Shown: positions 29,995-40,046 of the stretch, piece by piece
Layout: each line of letters starts with the position of its first letter
Numbering within the stretch: the stretch's first letter is position 1
Translations under genes and position numbers: made by a program
The notes under the pieces: model-generated
The model's database searches: none
Seen by the model: only the letters and a program-made list of their open reading frames with translations
Told to the model about the DNA's origin: nothing
Source of the DNA: an uncultured Coriobacteriia bacterium
GTDB lineage: Bacteria > Actinomycetota > Coriobacteriia > Anaerosomatales > PALSA-660
DNA: 64,000 nt
NCBI GenBank assembly: GCA_963695385.1
Contig: OY968780.1
Location: forward strand, 363,339 to 427,338
Direction: 5' to 3'

Positions 29995-30015
29995 ATTGTG
30001 ATATCGCGTCACAAT
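29995..30015. promoter_or_regulatory. perfect inverted repeat ATTGTGA-N7-TCACAAT, a candidate Crp-family operator
   Basis: Read directly from the sequence. TGTGA / TCACA half-sites lie in the divergent rlmD / REC-pilT intergenic region. The spacer is 7 nt rather than the canonical 6. Confidence 0.4.
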
Positions 30016-30137
30016 GCGTGTTTCGTTGTGCAGTCCGAGTGCCGATATACCCGTGGGGAAGCTCGGCCGACTGTGCGGCCCGCGGGCCACGCGTCTGGAG
30101 CGGAGATTCAAAGCGTACGAGGGAAGGGATCCGCCTG

Positions 30138-31745
<1,608 letters not shown>

Positions 31746-31875
31746 CCTATCTTGTATCATTGCGCCACCGTTGGCGCCCGTGGCTCCCTCCCGGGGCTGC
31801 GGGTGCCGTTCTGTTGGGGATAATGGGACGAAGGACTCCGGTCGAGTCCGCCAACTAGCAGACTGGGGCAGCGGC

Positions 31876-32301
31876 GTGGACAAGGTGCGAGTACGGTACT
31901 CCGGTGGCAGGCAGTTCGTGGGCTGGGACGAAGCCGGCCATGGGATCGTGATGGATGCTCTATCGGCGAGCAAAGGGGAGGGTACAGGACCGCGCCCGAT
32001 CGAGCTGGTCCTTTACGGCCTCGCGGGCTGTACCGCCATGGACGTGGTCTCGATCCTCGAGAAGAAGCGTCAACCGGCCAGCTCGATGGAACTGGTCGTG
32101 ACGGGCGTTCAGAGGGAGGATGAGTATCCTCACTCGTACGAGAGCATCCATATCGAGTACACGGTCAAGGGTGCGGGCGTGACCCCCGAGGCGGTCCGCA
32201 GAGCCATCGAACTGTCGGAAGACAAGTACTGCTCGGTGAAGGGCATGTTCGGTCCTCAGGTGACCGTGACCACCTCCTTCAACGTGGTCGAGGCCGACTA
32301 G
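31876..32301 (+). CDS. osmC: OsmC/Ohr-family peroxiredoxin-like protein
   Basis: Contains P.ELVLYGLAGCTAMDV and the second Cys in EDKYCSV. GTG start, about 141 aa. Confidence 0.8.
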   Translation: MDKVRVRYSGGRQFVGWDEAGHGIVMDALSASKGEGTGPRPIELVLYGLAGCTAMDVVSILEKKRQPASSMELVVTGVQREDEYPHSYESIHIEYTVKGAGVTPEAVRRAIELSEDKYCSVKGMFGPQVTVTTSFNVVEAD

Positions 32302-32302
32302 A

Positions 32303-33055
32303 GTGCCGGATCTCCCGCGCGCCTCGCGACGACCCGGCACGTCCGTGGTCGTGATGCCCGTGTACAACGAAGAGGCCACTCTGTGCGCCGTGCTCGATGC
32401 CGTTCGGCTGTGGTTCGTCGAGGCGGTCATAGTCGTCGACGATGGCTCGACGGACGGTACGAGTGAGTGCCTGGCGGCAAGGGCCGACGTCGAGGTCGTC
32501 CGTCACGAGTCGAACCTGGGCTACGGCGCATCCTTGATAGACGGGTTCGCGGCGGCGCGCGGCCTGGGGGCCGAGCGGGTGGTCACGATGGACTGCGACG
32601 GCCAGCACGAGCCGGCGCACATCCCCACGTTCCTGAAGGCGCTCGACCAGGCGGACGTGGCTTCGGGCAGCCGCTATCTTCCCGGCAGCGCCGTCGTCGG
32701 TTCCGCGCCTCCCGACCGTGTCGGCGTGAACGCGGCGATCACCCGCGAGGTGAACCGGGTCACCGGCTGGCACATCACCGACGCGTTCTGCGGGTTCAAG
32801 GCGTACCGCGCCTCGGCCCTCGATCGTCTCGAGCTGAGCGAGGCAGGTTACGCGATGCCGCTCGAACTGTGGGCGAAGGCGTGGGCGATCGGATTGCGGA
32901 TCACCGAACTGCCGGTGGAGCGGATCTACTACGATCACGACCGCTCGTTCGGCGCCGACCTCGATGACACGGACAAGAGGTTGTCGTACTACATGCGTGT
33001 GTGGCGCGACGCGCTGGCTGAGTCCGTTCGGCGGCCACGGGAGGAGATCGCGTGA
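32303..33055 (+). CDS. family 2 glycosyltransferase (soluble, DPM1-like catalytic domain)
   Basis: Contains VVMPVYNEE, VVDDGSTDGT and DCDGQH (DxD), then SGSRY and FCGFKAY. The start is 1 nt after the osmC stop. No TM segments. Confidence 0.8.
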   Translation: MPDLPRASRRPGTSVVVMPVYNEEATLCAVLDAVRLWFVEAVIVVDDGSTDGTSECLAARADVEVVRHESNLGYGASLIDGFAAARGLGAERVVTMDCDGQHEPAHIPTFLKALDQADVASGSRYLPGSAVVGSAPPDRVGVNAAITREVNRVTGWHITDAFCGFKAYRASALDRLELSEAGYAMPLELWAKAWAIGLRITELPVERIYYDHDRSFGADLDDTDKRLSYYMRVWRDALAESVRRPREEIA

Positions 33056-33732
33056 TCGACGTCATGTGCGTGGGGGCCCACCCCGACGACGTGGAGATAG
33101 GCATGGGGGGGACCGTGGCGGGCATGGTGCGCCGGGGCATGGACGTGGCGATCGTGGACCTCACGGACGGAGAGCCCACACCTCGTGGCTCCAGGGAGAC
33201 CCGGGCGCGGGAGTCCGCCTGCGCGGCCGACGTGCTTGGCGTGACTCGGCGCACTCTCGACCTGCCGAATCGCGAGCTGTTCGACACGGTCGCGGCGCGC
33301 AAGGCTCTGGCCGAGGTGATCCGGGAGATCCGGCCGCGACTGCTGTTCGCACCCTATCCGATGGATGCGCACCCGGACCACATAGCCGCGTCCGCGATCG
33401 TGGAGGCCGCGCGTTTCTACTCGAAGTTCGTGAAGACGGACATGTCTGGCGAACCGCACTACCCGGCCAAGGTCTACCACTACTGGGCGGTGCATCTCCG
33501 GTTGGTCGCCAAACCGTCCTTCGTCGTCGACATCTCCAAAGACCTGGATTCCAAGATGCGCGCGCTGCGCTGCTACGAATCACAGTTCGAGGACAAAGGG
33601 CGCAGCGCCGGTGTGCTGTCCTGGGTGGAGACGCAGGCAGCCTCCTGGGGGTCCCTGATCGGATGTTCCGCCGGAGAGCCGTTCCATGCGCGCGAAGAGG
33701 TCGGCATCAGCTCCGTCTCGGACCTGTTGTGA
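33052..33732 (+). CDS. LmbE/PIG-L family N-acetylglucosaminyl deacetylase, BshB1-like
   Basis: Contains VGAHPDDVEIGMGGT, DLT.G, FAPYP.DAHPDH, DIS......K..AL.CYESQF. By eye this matches the BshB1 pattern closely. GTG overlaps the GT2 stop (GTGA). Confidence 0.85.
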   Translation: MIDVMCVGAHPDDVEIGMGGTVAGMVRRGMDVAIVDLTDGEPTPRGSRETRARESACAADVLGVTRRTLDLPNRELFDTVAARKALAEVIREIRPRLLFAPYPMDAHPDHIAASAIVEAARFYSKFVKTDMSGEPHYPAKVYHYWAVHLRLVAKPSFVVDISKDLDSKMRALRCYESQFEDKGRSAGVLSWVETQAASWGSLIGCSAGEPFHAREEVGISSVSDLL

Positions 33733-33755
33733 GCCTGACGGGAGCGTCGTAGCAG

Positions 33756-35327
33756 ATGGCCCGGGCCAAGACGACGACACCGACCGGTCACGGCGAGGTC
33801 ATCACCCAACCGCCGCTCGCGGAGTGGCGCGAGCTCATGGAGGCCAACACCCGCGCTGCCGCGTCCTGGGGTTTCACCGTGTGCGGGACGCGCGCCCCGG
33901 AGTTGCGGCGCGTCGCGCGGAGAGAGGCCGTCTCGCTGGCACGGGACGTTTCCGAGCGCCTGGGCCTGACGGTCGCGCCGACACCGGTTCAGCCGGAGTC
34001 GCTGGTGATGACGGGACACCAGCCCGAGTTGTACCACCCCGGCATATGGGTGAAGGACTTCCTCCTGCAGAGGCTCTCTGACGAGACCGGCGCGACCGCG
34101 ATCGACCTCATCGTGGACTCCGACAGCTTCGACACGTTGGGCATCCACACGCCGTGTCTGCGCCCGGACATACGCGTGTGCACCGCATTCCTGGCGATCG
34201 GCGGTCCCGACCGCTGCTTCGCGACCTCGCCTGTCCCGTCCGCCGATGAACTCGAGGCATTCTGCCAGGCGGGGGCGCAACAACTCCGGACGCTGCCCGC
34301 GCCGGCGATAGGACATCACTGGGCCGCGTTCTGCGATGCCATGCGAGCCTCCGCGCCCGTGGCCGCGAACCTCGCGGAGCTGGTGACCGGCGCACGCAGG
34401 CGATACGAGGCGTCCGCGGGGACTGACTATCTCGAGTTGCCGGTGACCGAACAGGCGGGAGGCTTCGCGTTCGCCGCGTTCGTCGCCGACATCGCGCTGA
34501 GGGCGGAGGCGTTCGTGGAGTCGTACAACGGCGAGTTGGCCGCCTTCCGCGCGCGCACCGGCACTCGCTCGCTCGCGCAGCCCTTCCCGGACCTGCGGGT
34601 CGAGGGCGATCTGCTCGAACTGCCGCTGTGGGACCTCAGCGACCGCGGAAGGCGGACGGTGTGGACCCGGGCGGGAGAGCACCCCGCGCTCGTGGTGGAG
34701 GGGGCGGGCGAGGTTGCGCTTCCCTCGGACTGCGCCGATGCCCCGGCGGCGGTCCTTGGCGGACACATGCTCCTGGCTCCCAAGGCTTTGGTTCTGACGA
34801 TGTTCCAGCGGATGTTCGTGTCCGACCTGTTCATCCATGGTGTCGGCGGGGGGCGCTACGACCAGGTCACCGACGGGGTCATCCGGCGCTTCTACGGCGT
34901 GGAGCCTTTGCCCTACGTCGTCGCGTCCATGACGATGTACCTCCCTTTGGGCGCTCACGTCGTGACGGACGAGGAGATCGACTCGGCCACCCAACGCCTC
35001 AACCGGTTGCGCCAGAACCCCGACCAGATGCTCGGGGAACTGGATTTCGACGACGACAGCGAATACGAACGTGCCATGGGGCTCTCGGCCCGCAAGGCGC
35101 GTCTGGTGTCCGAGATCGCGGCCCCGGGGGCCGACAAGAAGACGCTTGGCGCCACGATAAGGCAGGTCAACGTGGAGATCGCGGGACTGCTCGGAACGCT
35201 GGAGCAGGAGATGAGGGATGACCTCGACAGACTGCTCCAGATGCGCGAGGCGTCGGAGATCCTGACGGACCGGACCTACCCGTTTTGCCTGTGGAGTCCG
35301 TTGGAGGTCGCCGACAAGGTGCGATGA
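33756..35327 (+). CDS. BshC-like protein (putative cysteine-adding enzyme family), C-terminal coiled coil
   Basis: 523 aa. VMTGHQPELYHPGIWVK at about residue 85 parallels BshC (V)GGQQAGLLTGPLYTIHK. LAPKALVLTMFQRMF..DLFIHGVGGGRY at about residue 345 parallels BshC SPNVLLRPVMQ......LA.V.GPGEI.YW. The BshC sequences are recalled from memory and were not checked by search. Confidence 0.5.
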   Translation: MARAKTTTPTGHGEVITQPPLAEWRELMEANTRAAASWGFTVCGTRAPELRRVARREAVSLARDVSERLGLTVAPTPVQPESLVMTGHQPELYHPGIWVKDFLLQRLSDETGATAIDLIVDSDSFDTLGIHTPCLRPDIRVCTAFLAIGGPDRCFATSPVPSADELEAFCQAGAQQLRTLPAPAIGHHWAAFCDAMRASAPVAANLAELVTGARRRYEASAGTDYLELPVTEQAGGFAFAAFVADIALRAEAFVESYNGELAAFRARTGTRSLAQPFPDLRVEGDLLELPLWDLSDRGRRTVWTRAGEHPALVVEGAGEVALPSDCADAPAAVLGGHMLLAPKALVLTMFQRMFVSDLFIHGVGGGRYDQVTDGVIRRFYGVEPLPYVVASMTMYLPLGAHVVTDEEIDSATQRLNRLRQNPDQMLGELDFDDDSEYERAMGLSARKARLVSEIAAPGADKKTLGATIRQVNVEIAGLLGTLEQEMRDDLDRLLQMREASEILTDRTYPFCLWSPLEVADKVR

Positions 35328-35417
35328 GGCGCGTCTTGCGCCGCGATGGTATGATTTTGGCTGTTCCGCCCGGGGGGTTGGAGCATCAAGCCAGTTCAGC
35401 GAAAGGAACAACAGCTC

Positions 35418-35594
35418 ATGGGCAAGCCCGTTGTCGATCCCGATCTGTGCACCGCATGCGGCATCTGCGTTGACGAGTGCCCCACGAATTCCCTCGACCT
35501 TGAGGACGTCGCCGTCTTGGGCCGTCCGGACGACTGTGATGAGTGCGGCACCTGCCAGGAGGTCTGCCCGAACGAGGCCATCGAGCTCAAGTAG
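35418..35594 (+). CDS. 2x[4Fe-4S] ferredoxin (58 aa), absent from the supplied ORF track
   Basis: My own translation is MGKPVVDPDLCTACGICVDECPTNSLDLEDVAVLGRPDDCDECGTCQEVCPNEAIELK, which carries two CxxCxxCxxxCP motifs. It is preceded by AAAGGAA and followed by a strong hairpin. Confidence 0.8.
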   Translation: MGKPVVDPDLCTACGICVDECPTNSLDLEDVAVLGRPDDCDECGTCQEVCPNEAIELK

Positions 35595-35616
35595 CAGCAG
35601 AGTCGCAAGCGGGCGT

Positions 35617-35651
35617 GAAGAAGGCCGGCCTCTCCAGGGTCGGCCTTCTTC
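35617..35651. terminator. bidirectional hairpin terminator between the ferredoxin gene (+) and plsY (-)
   Basis: An 11-bp perfect stem (GAAGAAGGCCG / CGGCCTTCTTC), extendable to about 14 bp. Confidence 0.6.
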
Positions 35652-35675
35652 CGTCGCCGTCGCGCGATACTCAGG

Positions 35676-36437
35676 TCAACCCCTGGGCCCCATGCGGTCG
35701 CCCGTGTACAGCTTCGGTTCCTGTCCGCGCAGCATGCCCACGAAGCGGTTGTGGTGCGCCGCGTAGACCACCAGGCCCAGGATGAGTGCGAACGGCCAGT
35801 CGGCCTGCCGGGTGACGATGGCGAAGGCCGGGATCGACATGGCCCCGGCCACCTGGCCGGCCATCATGTAGCGCGTTATGGCGATGGTGAGCAGGCCCAC
35901 GATCGCCCCGATCACGAAGTAGCGCCAGTCGTAGGCGAGTAGCGCCCCCCCGCCTGTCGCGAGGCCCTTGCCGGTTCGCGCGAAGCGCCCGTTCTTGATC
36001 GCGAGCCACAGCGAGTAGTTGTGGCCCAGGACGGCGCCGAGAACCGCGAGCATCGGTACGCACAGGGCGGCGATGAAGGGCCAGTCGGAGAAGCCCGCGC
36101 CTTCGCGGATGAACGGCCGCAGGGTGTCTGCCCAGGGCCTCAGGACCACACCCCAGTCCGGCGAGAACCCCGAGACGACCATCTTCGCTGCCAGCGTCGG
36201 CGCGAATCCCTTTGCCGCGTCGGCCACCATCGCCACGACGAACCAGCCCCACGAGCCCGTGGTCCGTCTGACGTTCATCGCCCCCACGTTGCCGGTACCG
36301 TGCTCGGAGATGTCCTCGTGCGATACCGACCTGACGATGATGTAGGCCCACGGGATCGAGCCGATCAGATACGAGAGTATCGGCGTCGCGATCGGCGCGA
36401 CGATCATCAGGAGGAGCGCATAGACTTCGTCGTCCAT
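35676..36437 (-). CDS. plsY: glycerol-3-phosphate acyltransferase PlsY
   Basis: A multi-TM protein with the GSIPWAY.....V..EDI.EHGTGNVGAMNV signature. ATG 36437 overlaps the upstream lipid-kinase stop (TGATG). Confidence 0.8.
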   Translation of the reverse strand: MDDEVYALLLMIVAPIATPILSYLIGSIPWAYIIVRSVSHEDISEHGTGNVGAMNVRRTTGSWGWFVVAMVADAAKGFAPTLAAKMVVSGFSPDWGVVLRPWADTLRPFIREGAGFSDWPFIAALCVPMLAVLGAVLGHNYSLWLAIKNGRFARTGKGLATGGGALLAYDWRYFVIGAIVGLLTIAITRYMMAGQVAGAMSIPAFAIVTRQADWPFALILGLVVYAAHHNRFVGMLRGQEPKLYTGDRMGPRG

Positions 36438-37327
36438 CACTTGGCACCCGCGACGATGCACTCCAAGGCGCCGGGCAGGATCGAGATATCGTAGCGCTTC
36501 TCCATCAACACCTCTCCATCGATCTGCGCGGGCAGGGGGGTCTGCGACTCGATCAGGATCGACGTGTGCCGCGACATGTGGACGGGCTTCATGCCGGTGT
36601 GCTTGCCGAAGATCACGAAGGGAAGGCGCGCGAGCGCTCCTGGAAGAGACAGCGGGTCGATGACGCACACGTCGAAGAGGCCATCGGTCGGCACGGAGTC
36701 CGGAGTGATGAAGAAGCCGCCGCCGTAGGTCGGGCCATTGGTGACCGCCACGACCAGCATGTCGTAGTCGAACGGCTCGCCGCCGTCCCAGGCGATCCGC
36801 ACCGGGTGGCTGTAGAGCTCGTGGAAGAGCACGTGGAAGAGCGCGGTCAGATACAGCCAGATCCCCGAACGCTTCTTCGTCTCCTTATACTCCACGGCCT
36901 TGATCGTCACGCGCGCGTCGAGGCCGGCGGCGAACGAGTTGTTGAAGTACACGGATCCGTTGCACAGCCCGACGTCGAAGCGCCTGCGGACGCCTGTGAC
37001 CAGGAGCATCGCGGCGTCCGCGAGATCCGTGGGCAGGCCCAGGGTCCTGCGCGTGTCGTTGCCCGAGCCCGTGGGCAGCACGCCGAGGGCCGGGCGGTCG
37101 TCCTCCGGGCGGCGCATGATGCCGTTCAGGACCTCGTGCACCGTGCCGTCTCCTCCGGCGGCCACGATGACGTCGTAGCCCCGCGCGCTCTCGGCGAGCT
37201 GCGCGGCATGCCCCGTGCGCTCGGTCTCCACGGAGTCGTGCGGCACGTTCTGGAGCAGCTTCTCGATGGCGGGCACCAGGGTCCGTGTCTCTCCGTGGTT
37301 GGCCATCGGATTGACGATCAGCAGCAT
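36437..37327 (-). CDS. diacylglycerol kinase-family lipid kinase (second copy in the window)
   Basis: Contains MLLIVNPMANHG, AAGGDGTVHEV and PTGSGND motifs. The conserved start is ATG 37327, not ORF-track 37453. Confidence 0.8.
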   Translation of the reverse strand: MLLIVNPMANHGETRTLVPAIEKLLQNVPHDSVETERTGHAAQLAESARGYDVIVAAGGDGTVHEVLNGIMRRPEDDRPALGVLPTGSGNDTRRTLGLPTDLADAAMLLVTGVRRRFDVGLCNGSVYFNNSFAAGLDARVTIKAVEYKETKKRSGIWLYLTALFHVLFHELYSHPVRIAWDGGEPFDYDMLVVAVTNGPTYGGGFFITPDSVPTDGLFDVCVIDPLSLPGALARLPFVIFGKHTGMKPVHMSRHTSILIESQTPLPAQIDGEVLMEKRYDISILPGALECIVAGAK

Positions 37328-37585
37328 GCGGGTCTCGGGCACGGTGCCCCTCCGTGTGTCACGTGCGCCAGGCCGGGTCGCGTCGCGGCAACAGGATAGC
37401 GTTCGGGGAGCGGGGCGGGGAAGCGGGAGAACTGTTGGGTCCGACGGCATCAAGATGTTCGGCTCACGCGGTGAGTCGCATCGTGAACGGCCGCTTTACC
37501 CGGATGCCTACCGCAAACTAGACTGGGCGCGTCGGGCTGCGAACGGAGGCGCAGCCCGGACGTCCACCGGGGAGGAGTCCGAGAA

Positions 37586-38875
37586 GTGGCATGGGCCGAG
37601 AGGATCGTCGAGCTGCTCTCTGTGTTGATGGTGGTCCTCGCCTTGGCGCTCGCCGGCGTCAGGATGTTCCGCGATCTGGTCAGCCGTCCTCGCGATGCGG
37701 AAGACATCCCGGAAGGCGAGGCAGAACCGGGCGAGCCTGCGACGGAGGCGCCTCCGGTGCCGGCGCGCCTGTCGGCCGTGAAGGTGACGGCCCTCACCCT
37801 CGCGAATCGGGCGGTCGTGTTCGTGATCGGCTACCTGGTGTTCCTGGGGATAACCGACAAGAAGGCCGGTTTCCTGGACTCGTTCAAGACGATCTGGTCG
37901 AGATGGGACGGCGTCCACTACCTCAACCTCGCGCAGAACTGGTATCGCGGGACCGGGGAAGACCGCGTCCTGATCGCGTTCTATCCGCTGTATCCGATCG
38001 CGATCAGGATCGCCCACCTGGCCATCCCCGACTACTTCTGGGCGGCTGTGGCGGTCTCTCTGGTGTGTCTGGTCGCTGCTTCCTACTTCCTGCAGGAACT
38101 GGTCCGGCTGGAAGTGGGAGACGGCGCGACCGCGCGTGACGCGGTCAAGTACATGCTGATCTTCCCGCTGTCCTTCTTCTTCGCGATCGCGTACACCGAG
38201 AGCCTCTTCCTGCTGCTGACCGTGCTGGCGTTCTACTTCTGCAGACGCGATCGGTGGCTGGCAGCCGGCATCGCCGGGCTGCTCGCGGCACTGACCCGCA
38301 ATGTGGGCGCGCTTCTGGTGCTTCCCCTGGTCATCGAACTCGCGTATGGCTACAGGCAGAGAGGAACCAGCCTGCGACGGACCATGTCCCGGGCCGCCTG
38401 CGTCCTGCTCGTGCCGGTCGGCACGGGGCTCTACTTGCTGCTCAACAAGGTGGTGACCGGGGACTGGTTCAAGTTCATGGAATACCAGAAGGGCCTCTGG
38501 TGCCACGATTTCGTGTTCTTCGGAGCCAACCTCGCGACGATGGTCCCGCGCATCTTCGAGCCCAACGTGCGCCTGGCGGTCGGGACTTGGCTTTCGGGGG
38601 TGGCATTCTTCTTCTTCGCGCTGCTGGTCGTGATCCTCGCGGCACGAGCGCTGCCCCCTTCGTACACGATCTACTCGGTCGCGTACCTCGTGACGGCCTA
38701 CTCTGTCACTTGGCTGCTCGGTGGCGCTCGCTACATCGCGGGGATGTTCCCTCTGTTCGTGGGGATGGCTCTGATGGCGCGCGGGCATCCGGTCAGAAGG
38801 CATGTCATGGATCTGGCGTCCGCGCTGGGGCTGGGGTTCATGATCGCGATGTTCATCCAATCGGCCGTGTACTAG
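37586..38875 (+). CDS. GT-C fold membrane glycosyltransferase (PIG-V / mannosyltransferase-like)
   Basis: About 10 TM segments. The W.RWDGVHYL.LA..WY ... AFYPLYP motif is typical of the PIG-V-like family. Confidence 0.65.
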   Translation: MAWAERIVELLSVLMVVLALALAGVRMFRDLVSRPRDAEDIPEGEAEPGEPATEAPPVPARLSAVKVTALTLANRAVVFVIGYLVFLGITDKKAGFLDSFKTIWSRWDGVHYLNLAQNWYRGTGEDRVLIAFYPLYPIAIRIAHLAIPDYFWAAVAVSLVCLVAASYFLQELVRLEVGDGATARDAVKYMLIFPLSFFFAIAYTESLFLLLTVLAFYFCRRDRWLAAGIAGLLAALTRNVGALLVLPLVIELAYGYRQRGTSLRRTMSRAACVLLVPVGTGLYLLLNKVVTGDWFKFMEYQKGLWCHDFVFFGANLATMVPRIFEPNVRLAVGTWLSGVAFFFFALLVVILAARALPPSYTIYSVAYLVTAYSVTWLLGGARYIAGMFPLFVGMALMARGHPVRRHVMDLASALGLGFMIAMFIQSAVY

Positions 38876-39014
38876 ATCCCGTCGACGTCCGGCGGGTCCC
38901 GATGCGATCGACACGACGGATCCGGCGAGCTGAGGGAAGAGGCGAAGAACGGTCGGGTATCATGTTGAGCAGGGCGGGGGAGCCGACGTCCCGCTCGGCC
39001 GGGCGAGGAGTCAC

Positions 39015-40046
39015 GTGATCCGACAGGAACTCCATTCGATCGTCGTTCCCATGTTCAACGAGGAACAGGTCGCCGAGGCCTTCTTCGCGCGCCTTCGCGC
39101 CGCGCTCAAACCGCTTCCCGCCTTCGAGGTGATCGTCGTGGACGACGGCAGCCGGGATCGGACGTGGGAGATCGTGTCGGACCTCGCCGCGAACGATCCC
39201 CGGATCCGGCTCGTGCGGCTGGCCCGGAACTTCGGCCACCAGACGGCGATCACCGCAGGGATCGACATGGCGGCCGGTGACACGGTGGTCGTGATCGATG
39301 CCGACCTTCAGGATCCCCCCGAACTCATCCCGGACATGGTCGCACTATGGCGCGAGGGCGCGGACGTGGTCTTCGCGGTCCGCGAGCGACGCGATGGCGA
39401 AGGCCCTTTCAAGCGCCTCACCGCCGCTCTGTTCTATCGCGTCCTGCGCTCCCTGTCGCGTACGGACATACCTGTGGACGCCGGAGACTTCCGCCTGATG
39501 AGCCGCCGCGCGGTTACCGGGCTTCGGGCGATGCGGGAGAAGAGCCGCTACATACGCGGCCTGGTCGGATGGATGGGACTGCGCCGCGCCACTGTCACCT
39601 ACGCCCGGGAAGAGCGGGCAGCGGGGGAGACCAACTATCCGCTGTCCAAGATGGTGCGGCTGGCCGTGGACGGGATCGTCTCCTTCTCGGCACGCCCGCT
39701 CCAGATCGCGACTTGGATCGGCTTCGCCGCCTCGGCGCTCGGCCTGCTGGCCGCGGTCCTAACCATCGTCGACTGGTTCGGTGGCCACACGGTACAGGGA
39801 TGGGCCTCCCTGATGACAGTGGTCCTGTTCTTCTGCGGGATCCAGCTGGTGACCCTGGGTATCGTCGGGGCATACGTCGGGCGCATATATGCGGAGGTAC
39901 TCGGCAGGCCTCTCTACCTCGTGGACCAGGTGCAGAACTTCCCGCCGTCGGTGCATGAGCACTTCGCCTCGTCGTGTCTGCCGGATGACGACGGTGCGCG
40001 CGAGCGAACCGGCCTTGCGGCGATCGTCACGGACGAAGCGTCATGA
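39015..40046 (+). CDS. polyprenyl-phosphate glycosyltransferase (GT2, GtrB/ArnC-like, with two C-terminal TM helices)
   Basis: Contains VVPMFNEE, VVDDGSRDRT, NFGHQTAITAG and DADLQDPPE, then two hydrophobic helices near the C-terminus. Confidence 0.85.
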   Translation: MIRQELHSIVVPMFNEEQVAEAFFARLRAALKPLPAFEVIVVDDGSRDRTWEIVSDLAANDPRIRLVRLARNFGHQTAITAGIDMAAGDTVVVIDADLQDPPELIPDMVALWREGADVVFAVRERRDGEGPFKRLTAALFYRVLRSLSRTDIPVDAGDFRLMSRRAVTGLRAMREKSRYIRGLVGWMGLRRATVTYAREERAAGETNYPLSKMVRLAVDGIVSFSARPLQIATWIGFAASALGLLAAVLTIVDWFGGHTVQGWASLMTVVLFFCGIQLVTLGIVGAYVGRIYAEVLGRPLYLVDQVQNFPPSVHEHFASSCLPDDDGARERTGLAAIVTDEAS

